From: Octopus vulgaris
Taxonomy: Eukaryota
DNA length: 64,000 bases
Direction of reading: 5' to 3'
Assembly (NCBI GenBank): GCA_951406725.2
Contig: OX597833.1
Location: 41,106,001 to 41,170,000 of the forward strand
This document shows positions 1 to 12,616 of this stretch, one piece after another; the stretch's first letter is position 1; each line of letters opens with the position of its first letter. The notes beneath the pieces are model-generated. The model was given only the letters and a program-made list of their open reading frames with translations. It made no database searches and was not told where the DNA came from. A program made the translations under genes and the position numbers.

Positions 1-52
1 GATCCTATGACCGCGAGTCCGCTGCCCTAACCACTGGGCCATTGCGCCTCCA
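1..52 (-). mobile_element. 5' head of tRNA-derived SINE family C, running off the window edge
   Basis: Reverse complement GGAGGCGCAATGGCCCAGTGGTTAGGGCAGCGGACTCGCGG carries an A-box-like motif and matches the head of the copy ending at 23516. Confidence 0.8.
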
Positions 53-610
53 GAATTATTCTATATCGCTTATAAGAACATACATATTTGGATGACATTA
101 TATCTCATTAGTACAGTGAATAGACAATTATATTTATATTATGGATTGAAGTCAATATAAATAGGAATAAAAGCGAATTTAAGACAAAGATAAATTTGTG
201 AGAAACAGAGAATTAAGTATCGCTAGCTTCACGCAAAAAAACTTGATGCATTTAGTAAAGTTTAGAAGAAGCAAATTCGAATTGGTGAGACTTCTTTGGC
301 AAGAGAGACACCAACATCTGTTGTGCAGCAAGAATTGTTCTACTGCGTAATAAGTTTTACCTACGGCCCAACAGCTGAGGTTTGTTTATATGTAAAAAGA
401 GTGATGAACATCTTCGTGCATTTAATTACTGATTTAGTATAAGGTTAAACTTTTCTTAACGTTGACATATAAGTATTGTTTATATCATTAAATCATTCTG
501 ACGAATAAATCGGGTATATATATATACATACATATACATATATATGTATGTAAGTATGTATGTATGTATGTATGTATGTATGTATGTATGTATGTATGTA
601 TGTATGTATG

Positions 611-646
<36 letters not shown>

Positions 647-670
647 CATACATATATACATACATGTACA

Positions 671-740
<70 letters not shown>

Positions 741-804
741 TACGCATATATATACTATACATATATATTCATATACATATATATATATAGATAGATAGAT
801 AGAT

Positions 805-867
<63 letters not shown>

Positions 868-981
868 CTCGAGTGAGTGGACAAACGAAAGAAGGGCACT
901 CAACTTATTTATTGAGGTTCAAGCGGGATGCTAGTCGCCATTTTGAATTTGCTAACGAATTTGAATCAAACTGTTTTAATC

Positions 982-1057
<76 letters not shown>

Positions 1058-1099
1058 TTACTACTATAAGGTATTCAGTTATATTGTGTGTTTTTTTTT

Positions 1100-1500
1100 C
1101 AAAGTAGGAAAGGATGAGCCCTGCAAATTCAAAAGATATCGATTAACAGAAAGCTTAAAGGACTGAATGTCAGAGTCCAAAGGAAAACAAGATGATGTTA
1201 GTGAGTTCCAGAGATCATCAGTTCAAGTTATTAGAATGAAAGGACTCGTGATTTATGGAAAAGCTCAACAGAGAAATGATGCGTCTAGGAAAAAAAGCGG
1301 GGAACACTTTTAAAGGTCTTGACAGAGAGTACTAGACCAGAAAGTTTATCTGAGCAGTGATAATGGAAATACTTATAGAAGGGGCTCAACAAAGATGCAT
1401 TTTGACAATGAGCTAAAGACTGCAGTTTAGTAGGCAGAAAAGGACCCACCATATTAACGACTCGATTCTGGATTCGATCCAGCAAGCTAAGAAACTGAGA
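1100..1500 (-). mobile_element. CR1/Jockey-group LINE 3' fragment (decayed)
   Basis: ORF 1285-1485(-) LDRIQNRVVNMVG...LQSLAHCQNASLLSPFYKYFHYHCSDKLSGLV resembles the post-RT C-terminus of CR1-like LINEs (LDRIQ.RA..LI...LQPL.HRR..ASL..FYKY.HG.CS.EL..LV). Confidence 0.7.
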
Positions 1501-1754
1501 GGAAAGAAGTAATTAATCGTATAATTTCATAATAAAATTTTAAGTAATACATTCTCAAAAATTAAAGGGAACACTGATTATAATGCAATTAATAATACCA
1601 CAGTAAATTGTAATTAAGTGAAATTAAAACTAAAATTATAACGGATTAATTATAGGCGCTGACATGGCTGTTGATAAGGACTTTAGTTCTTAACCGCAAG
1701 GTTTCGAGTTCTGTCCCACTACGTTACACCTTGGTCAAGAGTCTTCTGCTTTTA

Positions 1755-1827
<73 letters not shown>

Positions 1828-2109
1828 TTGTATGTATGTATTTATAATAAGTTATAACGCAGTAAATTTTATACCACTGTTAGTTATAATCCAGTATATT
1901 GGTTTCAATTTTTGGCACAAGGCCAGAAAATTGTGGGAGAGGGCAATAGCTACTTATTTTATTGACCCCGAAATGATGAAAGGTAAAGTCGACCTCGACA
2001 AGAATGCCGCTAAGCATTTTTCCCGCATGCTAACAACTATGCCAGCTCGCCGCCTTTATAACACAGTATTTTTTTAGACAAGTAAATCATAACAGAGGTT
2101 AATAACACT

Positions 2110-2875
2110 TAAAACAGTAAAATCGCGACGGTAAAGTCTGCGATTTTTGTCATGGACAGGAAGTTGGAACAAAGAACAAAATTGCGTTGAACTGGGAAGT
2201 CTGCTACAGAGACATTGAGTATGTTTCAGCAAAGCTTACGACGGCGAGGCAATGGGTCGTCACGCAATGTTTCGAATGGCATAGAAGAACGTCCTTGGAA
2301 GAGGATGAGCGATCTGGAAGACCTTCCACGAACGACACTCCGGGAAATATGGGACAAATTCATCAGCTTGTGCATGAGGACCATCGGAGGGCAATCAATG
2401 ACGTTTTGGAGCGTTTGAGGGAGGACAAGCAACGACGTTTTGGAGCGTTTGGGTGAGGACGTTCAGCGAAAGTGACCGGATCTGTAGAGTCCGAATAACT
2501 GGATTCTTCACGACGACAATGCACTCTGTCACCGAGCTCTCCTCACTCGTGAGTTTCTCGCCGAAAACAACATAGTATCGCTTCCTCACCCACCTTATTC
2601 ACCAGATGTAGCGCCTGCGGACTTCCATCTCTTCCCCAAGATGTTAAACACAGCTCAATGGGCGCGTTTTAACACCGTTGTCGAGATCAAGAGCGAATCA
2701 CAGAAGGTCCTCGACTCACTTACGGAAAACCGGATTCCAGGCCGGATTCCAAAAGTGGTAGGAATGCTGGATCCGGTGTACTGCAGCACAAAGTGAATAT
2801 TACGAAGGTAAAACTTAGCTAAGTTATTTTTTATTAAACATAACTAGTCCGGGAACATTTTGGTACCACCTCGTA
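2110..2875 (+). mobile_element. mariner (Tc1/mariner, DD34D) transposon remnant with decayed transposase
   Basis: Frameshifted motifs GKSATET, FEWH..RTSLEEDERSGRPST, LHDDNA.CH and LPHPPYSPDVAPADFHLFPKM. Right end ...gggaacattttggtaccacctcgTA is a mariner-type TIR followed by TA. Confidence 0.9.
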
Positions 2876-3014
2876 TAACTAAATGGTAAATTGCAATTGT
2901 AAATTGTAACAGTAATTACAATACAGTAAATTATAACATAATATATAGTAATTGTAGATTATAATTAATTATAATATTAATAATAACATTATCCCTGTAT
3001 CAACCAAAGTATAG

Positions 3015-3265
3015 GATGTTGTTATACATCGCTGGTCACAATATGCTTCCTCCTATTGGCGTAGCATTCGAATGCTGCGACTCCACTGGTTTGGTAGGCA
3101 AGCCAACATTCTCCTTGAATGAAACACCAGTCCGTCGCAGCTGAATAAACTGGAGCAAAGTAAAATGAAGCGTTTTGCTTAAGAACACAACGCACCGCCG
3201 GTCTTGGATTCGGAAATAGGATCTCACAATCTTGGGTGCAACGCCCTAACCACTTGGCCACCCCA
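3015..3265 (-). mobile_element. tRNA-derived SINE with an RTE-type 3' segment
   Basis: Head GGGGTGGCCAAGTGGTTAGGGCG. The 3' part (TTGTGACCAGCGATGTATAACAACATC) matches the tails at 16236-16357 and 19365-19424. Confidence 0.65.
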
Positions 3266-3351
3266 TAAAGTATAACAATGAATCATAACATAATAAAGTA
3301 TGGGACATGAAAATGGTAACAGAATAAGCAATACCTCAGTTTTATTCAACA

Positions 3352-5790
3352 TATTTGTTTCAAATTTTGGCACAAAGCCAAGCAAGTTTGGAGAAGGGGA
3401 CAAATCGGTTGCTTCGACCCCAGTCTCAAACTCATATTTATTTTATCGATCCCGAAAAGAATGAAAGAAAAAGTCGACCTCGTTGGAATTTTAACTAAGA
3501 ACGTGAAGACCCTAAGCATTTTGCCCGGCGTGCTAACGATTCTGAAAGTTTGCTGTCTTATTACTTAACAAATTAAATCATAAGGCATTGAGTCGCAGGT
3601 ATGGCTGTGTGATTAAGCAATTCATTTCACAAATCCGTAGTTTAGGGTTCGGTCCCGCGGAATGGTTTCTTGGATAGGTGTCGATCCGGTTTTAAAAATA
3701 CACTGATGTTTTTTGGCATCTCATTTTTAAAGCGACACATTGACAGAATCGTTAATGCGTCGGACAAAAATGCTTAGCGGCATTTCGTCCGTCTTTACGT
3801 TCTGGGTTCAAACTCCACCTAGGTCGACATTTCTTTTCGACCTTTCGAGGTCCCACTTTCACACTAGCCTCCTTTCTTAAAACTTCAGGCCTTGCGCTTA
3901 CAGTGGAAAAGGTTTTTATAATTATTTACTATAATTGATAAATCAGACATTAAATAATTCTTTTTAATTTTGGTACAAGGACAGTAATTTTGAGAGGAAG
4001 GGTATAAGTCGATATCAACGACTACAGCACTTGACTAGGTCTTTATCTTATCGATGCAGAAAGGATGAACGGCAAAGTCAACCTCGGCGGAATTTAAACT
4101 CAGAACGTAAAGAGTCGAAAGAAATACTGCAAAGTACTTTGTCTGACGCTCCATGTCTTCCAGTTCGCCTCTGTGTATAATAGTAAATAATGATTTTAAA
4201 TCTTGGTACAAGTCCAGCAGTTTTTTAGGGAGAGGGAGTTAGTCGATTACATCGACCTCAGATCTCAACTGGTACTTACTTTATCGACTCTGAAAGTAAA
4301 GCATGAAAGGCAAAAATGACTTTGGTGGAATATGAACTCAAAACGTAAACAGGCGGAAGAAATGCTACACCTGATGATGAGGGTTCCAAATGATCTGATC
4401 AACAGGACAGCCTGCTGCGGTTGAGTACTCCACAGACGTGCATACACTTAACGTAGTTCTCAGGGAGATTCAGTGTGACCCAGAATCTGACAAGACTAGC
4501 CCATTGGAATACAGGTACTACTCATTTTTGCCAGCTGGATGGACTGGAGCAACGTGAAATAAAGTGTCTTGCTCAAGGACACAACGTGCCATTAGGAATC
4601 GAACGCACGGCCACACGATCGTGAGCCGAATACCCTAGCCACGCGCTTTCGCCTTATATAAGAGTAAATGATGATTTCAAATGTTGACACGAGGCCGGTA
4701 ATTTTGGGGTTTGGGAGCTAAGTCGATTACACCGACCTCAGTACTTGACTGACACTTATTTTATCGCCCCATCCCACCCCACAAACATAAAAGGCAAAAT
4801 CGACCTCGGTGGAATTTGAAATCAAAACGTAGAGAGCCAGAAGAAAAGCTAAAGGATGCGCTAAAGATTCTACCAGCTCACAATACTTTCTACTTTGGGC
4901 ACAAGGCCTGAATTTTATTGTAGAAAGCTTGTCGATTGCATTGACTCTATTGTTCAAGTGATACTTATTTAATCAACCCCGAAAAGATGAATAGCAAAGT
5001 TGACATCGGTGACTTTTACCCAGAACGTAAATCTTGAAGAAATACCTATTTCTTTATGCCCACAAGGGGCTAAACATAGAGAGGACAAACAAGGACAGAC
5101 AAACGGATTAAGTCGATTACATCGACCCAGTGCGTAACTGGTACTTATTTAATCGACCCCGAAAGGATGAAAGGCAAAGTCGACCACGGCGGAATTTGAA
5201 CTCAGAACGTAGCGGCAGACGAAATACGGCTACGCATTTCGCCCCAGCGTGCTAACGTTTCCGCCGGCTCGCCACCTTATCTTGAAGAGATACCGCTAAG
5301 CATTTTATCCGGTGCAGTGAAGATTCTGCATGTTCGCTGCATTATATAACAGTAATTAATTAAAGTAAGTTTATAAAAGTAAAAATACAACACGATAATT
5401 TATAACAAAGCCGGTTATGAAACAGTAAATAGAGATGATGAGTGTTAATTATGATACATAAATTATAACAGCAAAGTATAACCCAATAACTTGTAAGAGT
5501 TAATTATAATCAATTACAGTCTAGCAGTTAATTAGAAGACAACGAAATATAACAGTTAATTATAGCTACGGCTAAGGTGAGGAACTGACAGAATCGTTAA
5601 CACACCAGATAAACTGATTAGCAAGAGTCCGTCTCATTTTACGATCTGAGTTCAATTTTCGCAAAGGTAAACTTTGTTTTTCATCCTTTCAGGGTCGTTA
5701 AAATAAGTAACAGTCGATTATTAAAGTCGATGTAATTGACTAGACACCTCCCACTAATATTGCTTTGTCTCGACATTTGAAACAATTATA
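3352..5790. mobile_element. cluster of about 7-8 SINE family A copies plus one family C-related copy (4370-4650), both orientations
   Basis: Repeated GAAAGGATGAAAGGCAAAGTCGACCTCGGCGGAATTTGAACTCAGAACGT and its complement. One young copy (5047-5278) is nested in an older copy with a TSD atcttgaaga(a/g)atacc. Confidence 0.85.
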
Positions 5791-5891
5791 AAAAAGCTTT
5801 TGACGGTTTTATACATACTTCAAAATCATAATGCTATAAGGCTAGGTGTTTCCATTATTTTGTCCAACCCTTGTGTGTGTGTATATATATA

Positions 5892-6180
5892 TATATATTG
5901 TTGTATTTAGGAATGGTCATTTTGCCAGTTTAGCCAATAAAAACACACGCACTATATATTTGGTGTTAATTTGCTTCAGCGTTATTTATTTTTTACATTA
6001 ATCTTAATCTTATTTCGGCCAGAGTTCTTTCGTCACACTCCTGTGACCGCATCAGTGGTCCTTTGCTTTCTTCTTTCTTATTTGTATGTCTCTCCTTACA
6101 AAATTAACACCAAATATATATAGTGCGTGTATTTTAATTGGCTAAACTGGCAAAATGACCATTCCTAAATACAACAATAT
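5892..6180. repeat. ~80-bp inverted repeat around a ~130-bp core, probably the end of a Penelope-like element
   Basis: 5892-5971 (atattgttgtatttaggaatggtcattttgccagtttagccaat...ggtgttaattt) is the reverse complement of 6100-6180. Flanked by (TA)n. Confidence 0.8.
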
Positions 6181-6233
6181 CTGTTTCAACACACGATTTC
6201 ACATCAAAAATCTTGCAAAACAAATATATAAAC

Positions 6234-6290
<57 letters not shown>

Positions 6291-7277
6291 CATATAAACG
6301 CTACATAGCATTAGGATAAATTAGGATTAAAAAAACGTGAACGTATCTCATTTATATTTGATAAATTTTTATTCTCACAAAGCAAGATATATATTGTAGT
6401 TAAGCTACATGCTTTTCTGACTGTGGCCAAAAAAACAGAAATCGACCTGGCCACCTTCAACGTTCTTTTACATTTTTCTGAGAGATCCGTTACTTATTTT
6501 TCTGACCATAGTGAAAATAGTGGCTCGTAGCTATTTATAGTACACCTAAATGCCAAACACGTACTAAACCAAAACGATCTGTTCTACATTGCATAATAGT
6601 ACAAGCACTGACCATGTGAAATATGTAAATAGGAGCACAACACAATGCTAAGTTAAAAATAAAGGGATTACGGTATATGGTTTTTTTTCTTTTTTAGTAA
6701 ACACATTTTAGCGACATTCCAAAAAGGTGATATGTTTTCATTCTACAGCCAGGAAAATAGCCACCAGCCAGACTGGTTTTAGTGGGGTTTCTTTCCAGTT
6801 TTTTTTTTTTTTTTTCAAAGATCGGTTACTTATTTTCCAGACTACAGAGAGATTAGAAGCTTGGTGCACCAATTTGCATAACCGTTCTGCAAGCTAATAC
6901 TTACTTTGTGCCCGGGAATATCATGGCCTTCACCGACGAAGTTGTAAACCAGAGTGAAACGAATCTGGTCGAACTCCATGTTTTTTCATTACAGAAAGAT
7001 ATGCGTTTTAACCCCAGTATCACCTTCATCACAGCTGGACTAAAATGTGTGTTTACTAAAAACACGCGATCTAAGTTTACCTTACATCTGCCTGTACCTT
7101 CCTCATTAACCTCCTCTGCATATATATAAATATATATTTGGGTGTGGTAGATGAGTTCGGCAAAAATTTAGATTCAGATGAATATGGTACTCAAGTATGG
7201 TATTATCCATACAATTTCAAAGTAAGGTGATTAAAATCAAAATAAGCAACAGGGATATCCATCCTTGTTGCATATTT

Positions 7278-7348
<71 letters not shown>

Positions 7349-7357
<9 letters not shown>

Positions 7358-7453
7358 TTAGAGATAAAACCACTATTAGGCAAATCAAACAGTGAAAAAC
7401 ATAAGCCAACTGTTTGATTTGCCTAATAGTGGTTTTATCTCTAAATTAATATA
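7349..7453. repeat. near-perfect ~45-bp fold-back with a short loop, adjoining (TA)n
   Basis: ttagagataaaaccactattaggcaaatcaaacagt ... actgtttgatttgcctaatagtggttttatctctaa. Confidence 0.9.
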
Positions 7454-7537
7454 ATATAATATAATATATTTATACTATAAAATTGGATTTAATCCTAAAT
7501 CTAATTTTTTCCTGTAAGTTTGGATTTATTCCCTAAT

Positions 7538-7597
<60 letters not shown>

Positions 7598-7601
<4 letters not shown>

Positions 7602-8067
7602 TTTCAAATTTTGGGCCAACGCAAACAATTTCGGGGAACGAGGTGAGTCGGTTACAACGACCCCAGTGTTCAACTGGTACTTACTTAGTCGATACCGAAA
7701 GGATGAAAGGCAAAGTCGACCTCGGCGGTATCTGAAATCAGAGCACAAAGACGAACGAAAGTCCGTATTTTGCCCGGCGTGCTAACCATTCTGCCAGATC
7801 GCCTTATATATGTGCACATATATAGCTGTATATATATAGGGCGGTGAGCTGGCAGAAACGTTAGCACGCCGGGCGAAATGCGTAGCCGTATTTCGTCTGC
7901 CGTTAAGTGTTCTGGGTTCAAATTCCGCCGAGGTCGACTTTGCCTTTCATCCTTACGGGGTCGATAAATTAAGTACCAGTTACGCACTGGGGTCGATGTA
8001 ATCGACTTCATCCCTTTGTCTGTCCTTGTTTATCCCCTCTATGTTTAGCCCCTTGTGGGTAGTAAAG

Positions 8068-8070
<3 letters not shown>
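7598..8070. mobile_element. head-to-head pair of SINE family A copies (- 7598-7805; + 7839-8070)
   Basis: The + copy is full length: GGCGGTGAGCTGGCAGAAACGTTAGCACGCCGGGCG...GGGTTCAAATTCC (B-box-like)...GTAAAGAAAT. Confidence 0.85.
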
Positions 8071-8106
<36 letters not shown>

Positions 8107-8125
8107 GCTTTGAATATATATATAT

Positions 8126-8190
<65 letters not shown>

Positions 8191-9396
8191 AGCCGACAAT
8201 AATCGATGTTAACTAACACAAACCAGCTGTTTACGATAGATCAGGTACATTGGTGAATATCAAATGACTATTGAAGCGAGTGGTGAGCATTCACGCTTCA
8301 ACACGCCTGCAGCAATAATACTAGTTCGAATAAGGTACTGATATCTCCATCCTGTGTATCTGATAGTTAACACCAGCAAACGGAAGAAGAGGTAAAATAA
8401 CAAGAGGAAATACCATTTCCTAAATTTATCTATGTTGGTTCTTAGCAGAGGCACAGGGTCGGATTGTTATTGATGTTGATTTTGTATAGCCGCGGGTTGG
8501 CCTTGATCCAGCAGACCTATAATCTAAAGTGCTCCTGTTTTTAACAAACATTTTAGCGCCAACCACCGTCAAACACTTCATGTATCACCACCACCACCAT
8601 CACCATTACCACAACTACCACCATCGTCGTCACCGTTACCACAACTAACACTACCACCATCACTACTATGAACACCAAATATCACGACCACCATCATCAC
8701 CGCCACCACCACCATCGCCATCACGGCCACTGCCACCACCACCGCCACTACCGTCACCAGCATCGCCAAGTTACTTTACGAAGTACTGTATTTCGAGAAC
8801 TTTACTTTGCTTTCGCGAAGCTTTGTGCTTACGAATAGACAGATAAATAGATCGACAGATAGACAACCCACAGCTTTTTTGTTGCATATGTATTATTATT
8901 TTTTCTTGTCGTATATGTATTTTTTGTTGTCTTCGCCTGGCCCTAAGGCCATATACTGTTTATTTATTTCGTTTTAATTTTCTTTGTCCTCACTCCTCCT
9001 TGTTTGCCCGTCTTATTTTGTTATGATTTAGTCGCATTTCCAGCAAGTTTTCTTGCTGGTTGCCTCCAGGATAGAAGCAATATTATCGATAATGGCACGA
9101 AATTGCACTCGACACTTTTGCCGTTAACTGATAAGGAATTGGTGACCTTCTGCATTTGCTCCCCGTTCGTCTGTACATTCAGTGCATTTAATATATGTTT
9201 TTCGGTCTTTTTGTTTATTACTATACTCATTTGACTTTTGAAAATATTATCCACGTAACGCAACGCACCCCTTAGATATTTACATATGTATAGCGATATG
9301 TTTGTGCTTGTGTCCAATTTCGGAGTTGCAGTCTGAAAACTGAAATAAATATATATCCATTGATTCCCTTGAGCAGGCTCTGGTTGCTGTTTAATA

Positions 9397-9570
9397 TACG
9401 AGGGGTGCTGAAAAGTTCTTGATCTTCGGTAAAAGAAAATACAGGAGGATATACACTTATTGCAGCGGTCCTTCAGTTTTTCTAAGTCCTGTAAAAAACT
9501 CGGAAAGTTTGACCTCCAACTGGGCCTTTCGCGACACCCTTAAAGTCAGGAGCTTTTCAGTGCCCACACA
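9397..9570. mobile_element. mariner-type MITE (decayed)
   Basis: Left end TACGAGGGGTGCTGAAAAGTTCTTGA and right end TCAGGAGCTTTTCAGTGCCCAC form imperfect TIRs; TACGAGGG is a mariner-type start. Confidence 0.6.
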
Positions 9571-10327
9571 TTTAATAATACCTATCTTTAACTAAGTGCG
9601 TATGTGTGTGTATCAGAGTGTCTGTGTATTTGTCTATGTGTGTGAGTGTGTATGAATGTGTGTGTGAGTGTAAGTACGTGTGTGTGCGTGTGAGAGAGAG
9701 GGAGAGAGAGAGAGAGAGAAAGAAAGAATGTGTGTTTATATTAATTGGGAAGTGAATGCATATATGCTTGTGTGTATATTTCTGTTCATATGAATTCTCC
9801 GTTGGAATGGAAACCAAGATCCACTTTATAAATGCATATTTATTTAACCTCAACCTATTCAAATCCCCCACGCTCACGCTTCACCCCACCTCATCCCTCG
9901 CCGTCTCCACCCCCCTCTCTCACTCACTTGCTCGCTGGATAATTCACTAAACTCTAATACAAGGAAAGTAACGACCAATTTATGTTAGGCCTGCTATTAC
10001 GCACTTTTTACAATTCCCATTTTTTCCGATTTCCTCCTTTATATTTTGCACTTTTGTGATCTCTCTCTCTATATATACTTAGATGTATATATAGTGACAT
10101 ATGCATACACACACACATACATACACACATACATACATACATACATACATACATACATACATACATACATACATACATACATACATACATACACATACAC
10201 ACATATAGATATATATATATATATATATATATGCACGTTCACACAAAACATGTGTGAGAGAGATAGACAGAGACAGTGTGTGTATGAGAGAGAAGGAGTG
10301 TATGTTTATGTGTATGTGTGTATGTGT

Positions 10328-10411
<84 letters not shown>

Positions 10412-10932
10412 CTTTGCAAAAAAGCCGTCAAAAATATCAGAGGAAGAAGTAAAGTTGTTTCTTTAAATCAAAAACAAAATGGTGTTTATTTTTATATAAT
10501 GTATAAAAAAAGGAAAATGAAGGAAAAGGTTAAAATATTTTAAATATCTCAAATTACTATATTTTTTGTGGAAGAGGATAGCAAATGGATTTGAATGTGA
10601 CTGAAAAAAACATCACCGAATGAATATCAATATTTCCCCGCTGGTGAATCTTTTCGGTTAATCCTTTCTCTTAAATTGTAATGTGTTGTTGTTTTGTTGT
10701 CGCCATTGTTGTTGTTGTCGTCGTTGTTGTTGTTGTTACTATTGCCGATGTTATTATTGTTACAGTTCCTGCTCTCTTTGCTGGTCATGCTGCTGCCACC
10801 ACTGCTGCCGTTTCTGCCGCTTTTGTCATGTCCTTTATTAGGCCTGCTTTGGCCATGCAAACCTATGATAGGAAACAGCTACAACCAACATGTTTTAGTC
10901 AGCCAACGTTTCTAGGGAGTCATTACCTAATG

Positions 10933-11179
10933 CTGTTGTTCTCAACCAAGATCCATATGACTCTTGGAGGTCCTCATAAGATTTTGTTGTTTAAATTTTT
11001 GTGCAATAAATTGGTTAATCTTCAGAGTGGCTGTGTGGTAAGTAGCTTGTTTACCAACCACATGGTTCCGGGTTCAGTCCCACTGCGTGGCATCTTGGGC
11101 AAGTGTCTTCTACTATAGCGTCGGGCCGACCAAAGCCTTGTGAGTGGATTTGGTAGACGGAAACTGAAAGAAGCCCGTC

Positions 11180-11231
<52 letters not shown>

Positions 11232-11559
11232 TTGTCCCCCTAGCATTGCTTGACAACCGATGCTGGTGTGTTTATGTCCCCGACACTTAGCGGTTCGGCA
11301 AAAGAGACCGATAGAATAAGTACTGGGCTTACAAAGAATAAGTCCCGGGGTCGAGTTGCTCGATTAAAAGGCAGTGCTCCAGAATGGCCGTAGTCAAATG
11401 ACTGAAACAAGTAGAGGAGTAAAAGAGTAAAAGAGAGTATACAAAATATTTTAACAAAATCTTTAATACAATTTCTAGTAATATTTAACTATAAAAACAT
11501 AACAGGATGTTTTAAATGCTGAATGGGGTCCATAGATAAAATATGGTTGGGAACCTCTG
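10933..11559. mobile_element. hAT (Charlie-like) MITE interrupted by a SINE
   Basis: Ends CTGTTGTTCTCAACC and GGTTGGGAACCTCTG. Flanking 8-mers acctaatg / atctaaag look like a degenerate TSD. Confidence 0.55.
11024..11435 (+). mobile_element. tRNA-derived SINE family B with internal (TA)n/(TG)n
   Basis: GAGTGGCTGTGTGGTAAGTAGC...GGGTTCAGTCCC (A/B-box-like), CTTGGGCAAGTG, an internal microsatellite, and a 3' end GACTGAAACAAGTA..AAGAG. Close copies at 35345-35752 and 45882-46385. Confidence 0.9.
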
Positions 11560-11638
11560 ATCTAAAGGGTCCGTCCTTCTTTAAGACAGTAGGGTGTGAT
11601 TAGGGTGAGGTTTTGCTGATATCAGATCGAGTGACGTC

Positions 11639-11717
11639 GAGCAAAAGGGCAAAAGCTCGCTCGATCTCGATTTTCAGTACGAATACGGACCGCGAAAGCG
11701 TGGCCCATCGATCCTTT
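11639..11717 (+). pseudogene. isolated 28S (LSU) rRNA fragment, ~80 bp
   Basis: GAGCAAAAGGGCAAAAGCTCGCTCGATCTCGATTTTCAGTACGAATACGGACCGCGAAAGCGTGGCCCATCGATCCTTT matches the recalled conserved metazoan 28S segment GAGCA(G/A)AAGGGCAAAAGCTCGCTTGATCTTGATTTTCAGTACGAATACAGACCGTGAAAGCG. No flanking rDNA. Confidence 0.85.
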
Positions 11718-12114
11718 CCTTGTGTTGTCACAAAGCAAATTTTATCGAAGTGGGTGTTTTTACTAAAAGATACAGTATATAAATTAAGTCAAGTAGTTGG
11801 ACATTGTCCATGGCCTTTCCAACCCCTCCCTCAAGACCAGTGGTGATTAATGAGGCTCAGAGTTATGCAACGAGGGAGGTAGTAGCATAAATTGGCCCTG
11901 TATTAAGGCTACAAACATACGTACTTACTCACAAACACACACGCACATACACATTTGTTTTCAACTGTTCTATGTTGTACACCACATTTGTCCGTCCGAA
12001 ATTGCCATCTTTTTTTGAGTATGCCCAAGTATGAGACAACTTGCGGCTACCTTCGTTGTTGTCACTCGTAAAAAAAAAATAATGTTCTATCTATGCGAAC
12101 TTTAAAGGACGGAT

Positions 12115-12480
12115 TTTGCTTGTTTCAGTCATTTGACTACGAACAAGCCGGAGCACAGCCTTGAAGTGTTTAGTCGAACAAACCTATCTTAGTACTTTTT
12201 AAAGTTTGATACTTATTTTATCAGTCTGTTTTGCCGAACCGCTTATTTTCGGGGACTAAACGAACTAATAAAATTGGTTGTCAAGCAATGTGGAAACACA
12301 AACGCAGACAAGTACATACACACACACATACACACATGCACACACACACACACACAAACAAACACAAACAATCACATGCAAACACATATAATATATGAAT
12401 ATGCGAAAGACTTCTATATAGTTTCGCTTATCGAAATTCACTTACAAGACATTGGCTGACCCGGGATTGTAGCTACAAAA
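12115..12480 (-). mobile_element. SINE family B, diverged copy
   Basis: cttgtttcagtcatttgact...gccgaaccgct...ggttgtcaagcaatg...(CA)n, the reverse complement of family B. Confidence 0.7.
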
Positions 12481-12616
12481 ACATTCTAATAGGGATGCTA
12501 TGTGATTTAGATCAACTACAGTTATGCAACTGCATAATGTTTATGGTTAAGAAGTGTATGCCACGTTATTAAGGCTACTAATCTCACTGAGTGTACTAAA
12601 AGCGAGAATGTAATCA

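Noticed and set aside
480-899. Long ORFs of YI/CV/HT/MYVC repeats here and throughout (e.g. 33260-34845, 57385-58194)
   Set aside because: They are stop-free translations of (TA)n, (CA)n and (CATA)n microsatellites, open in several frames on both strands.
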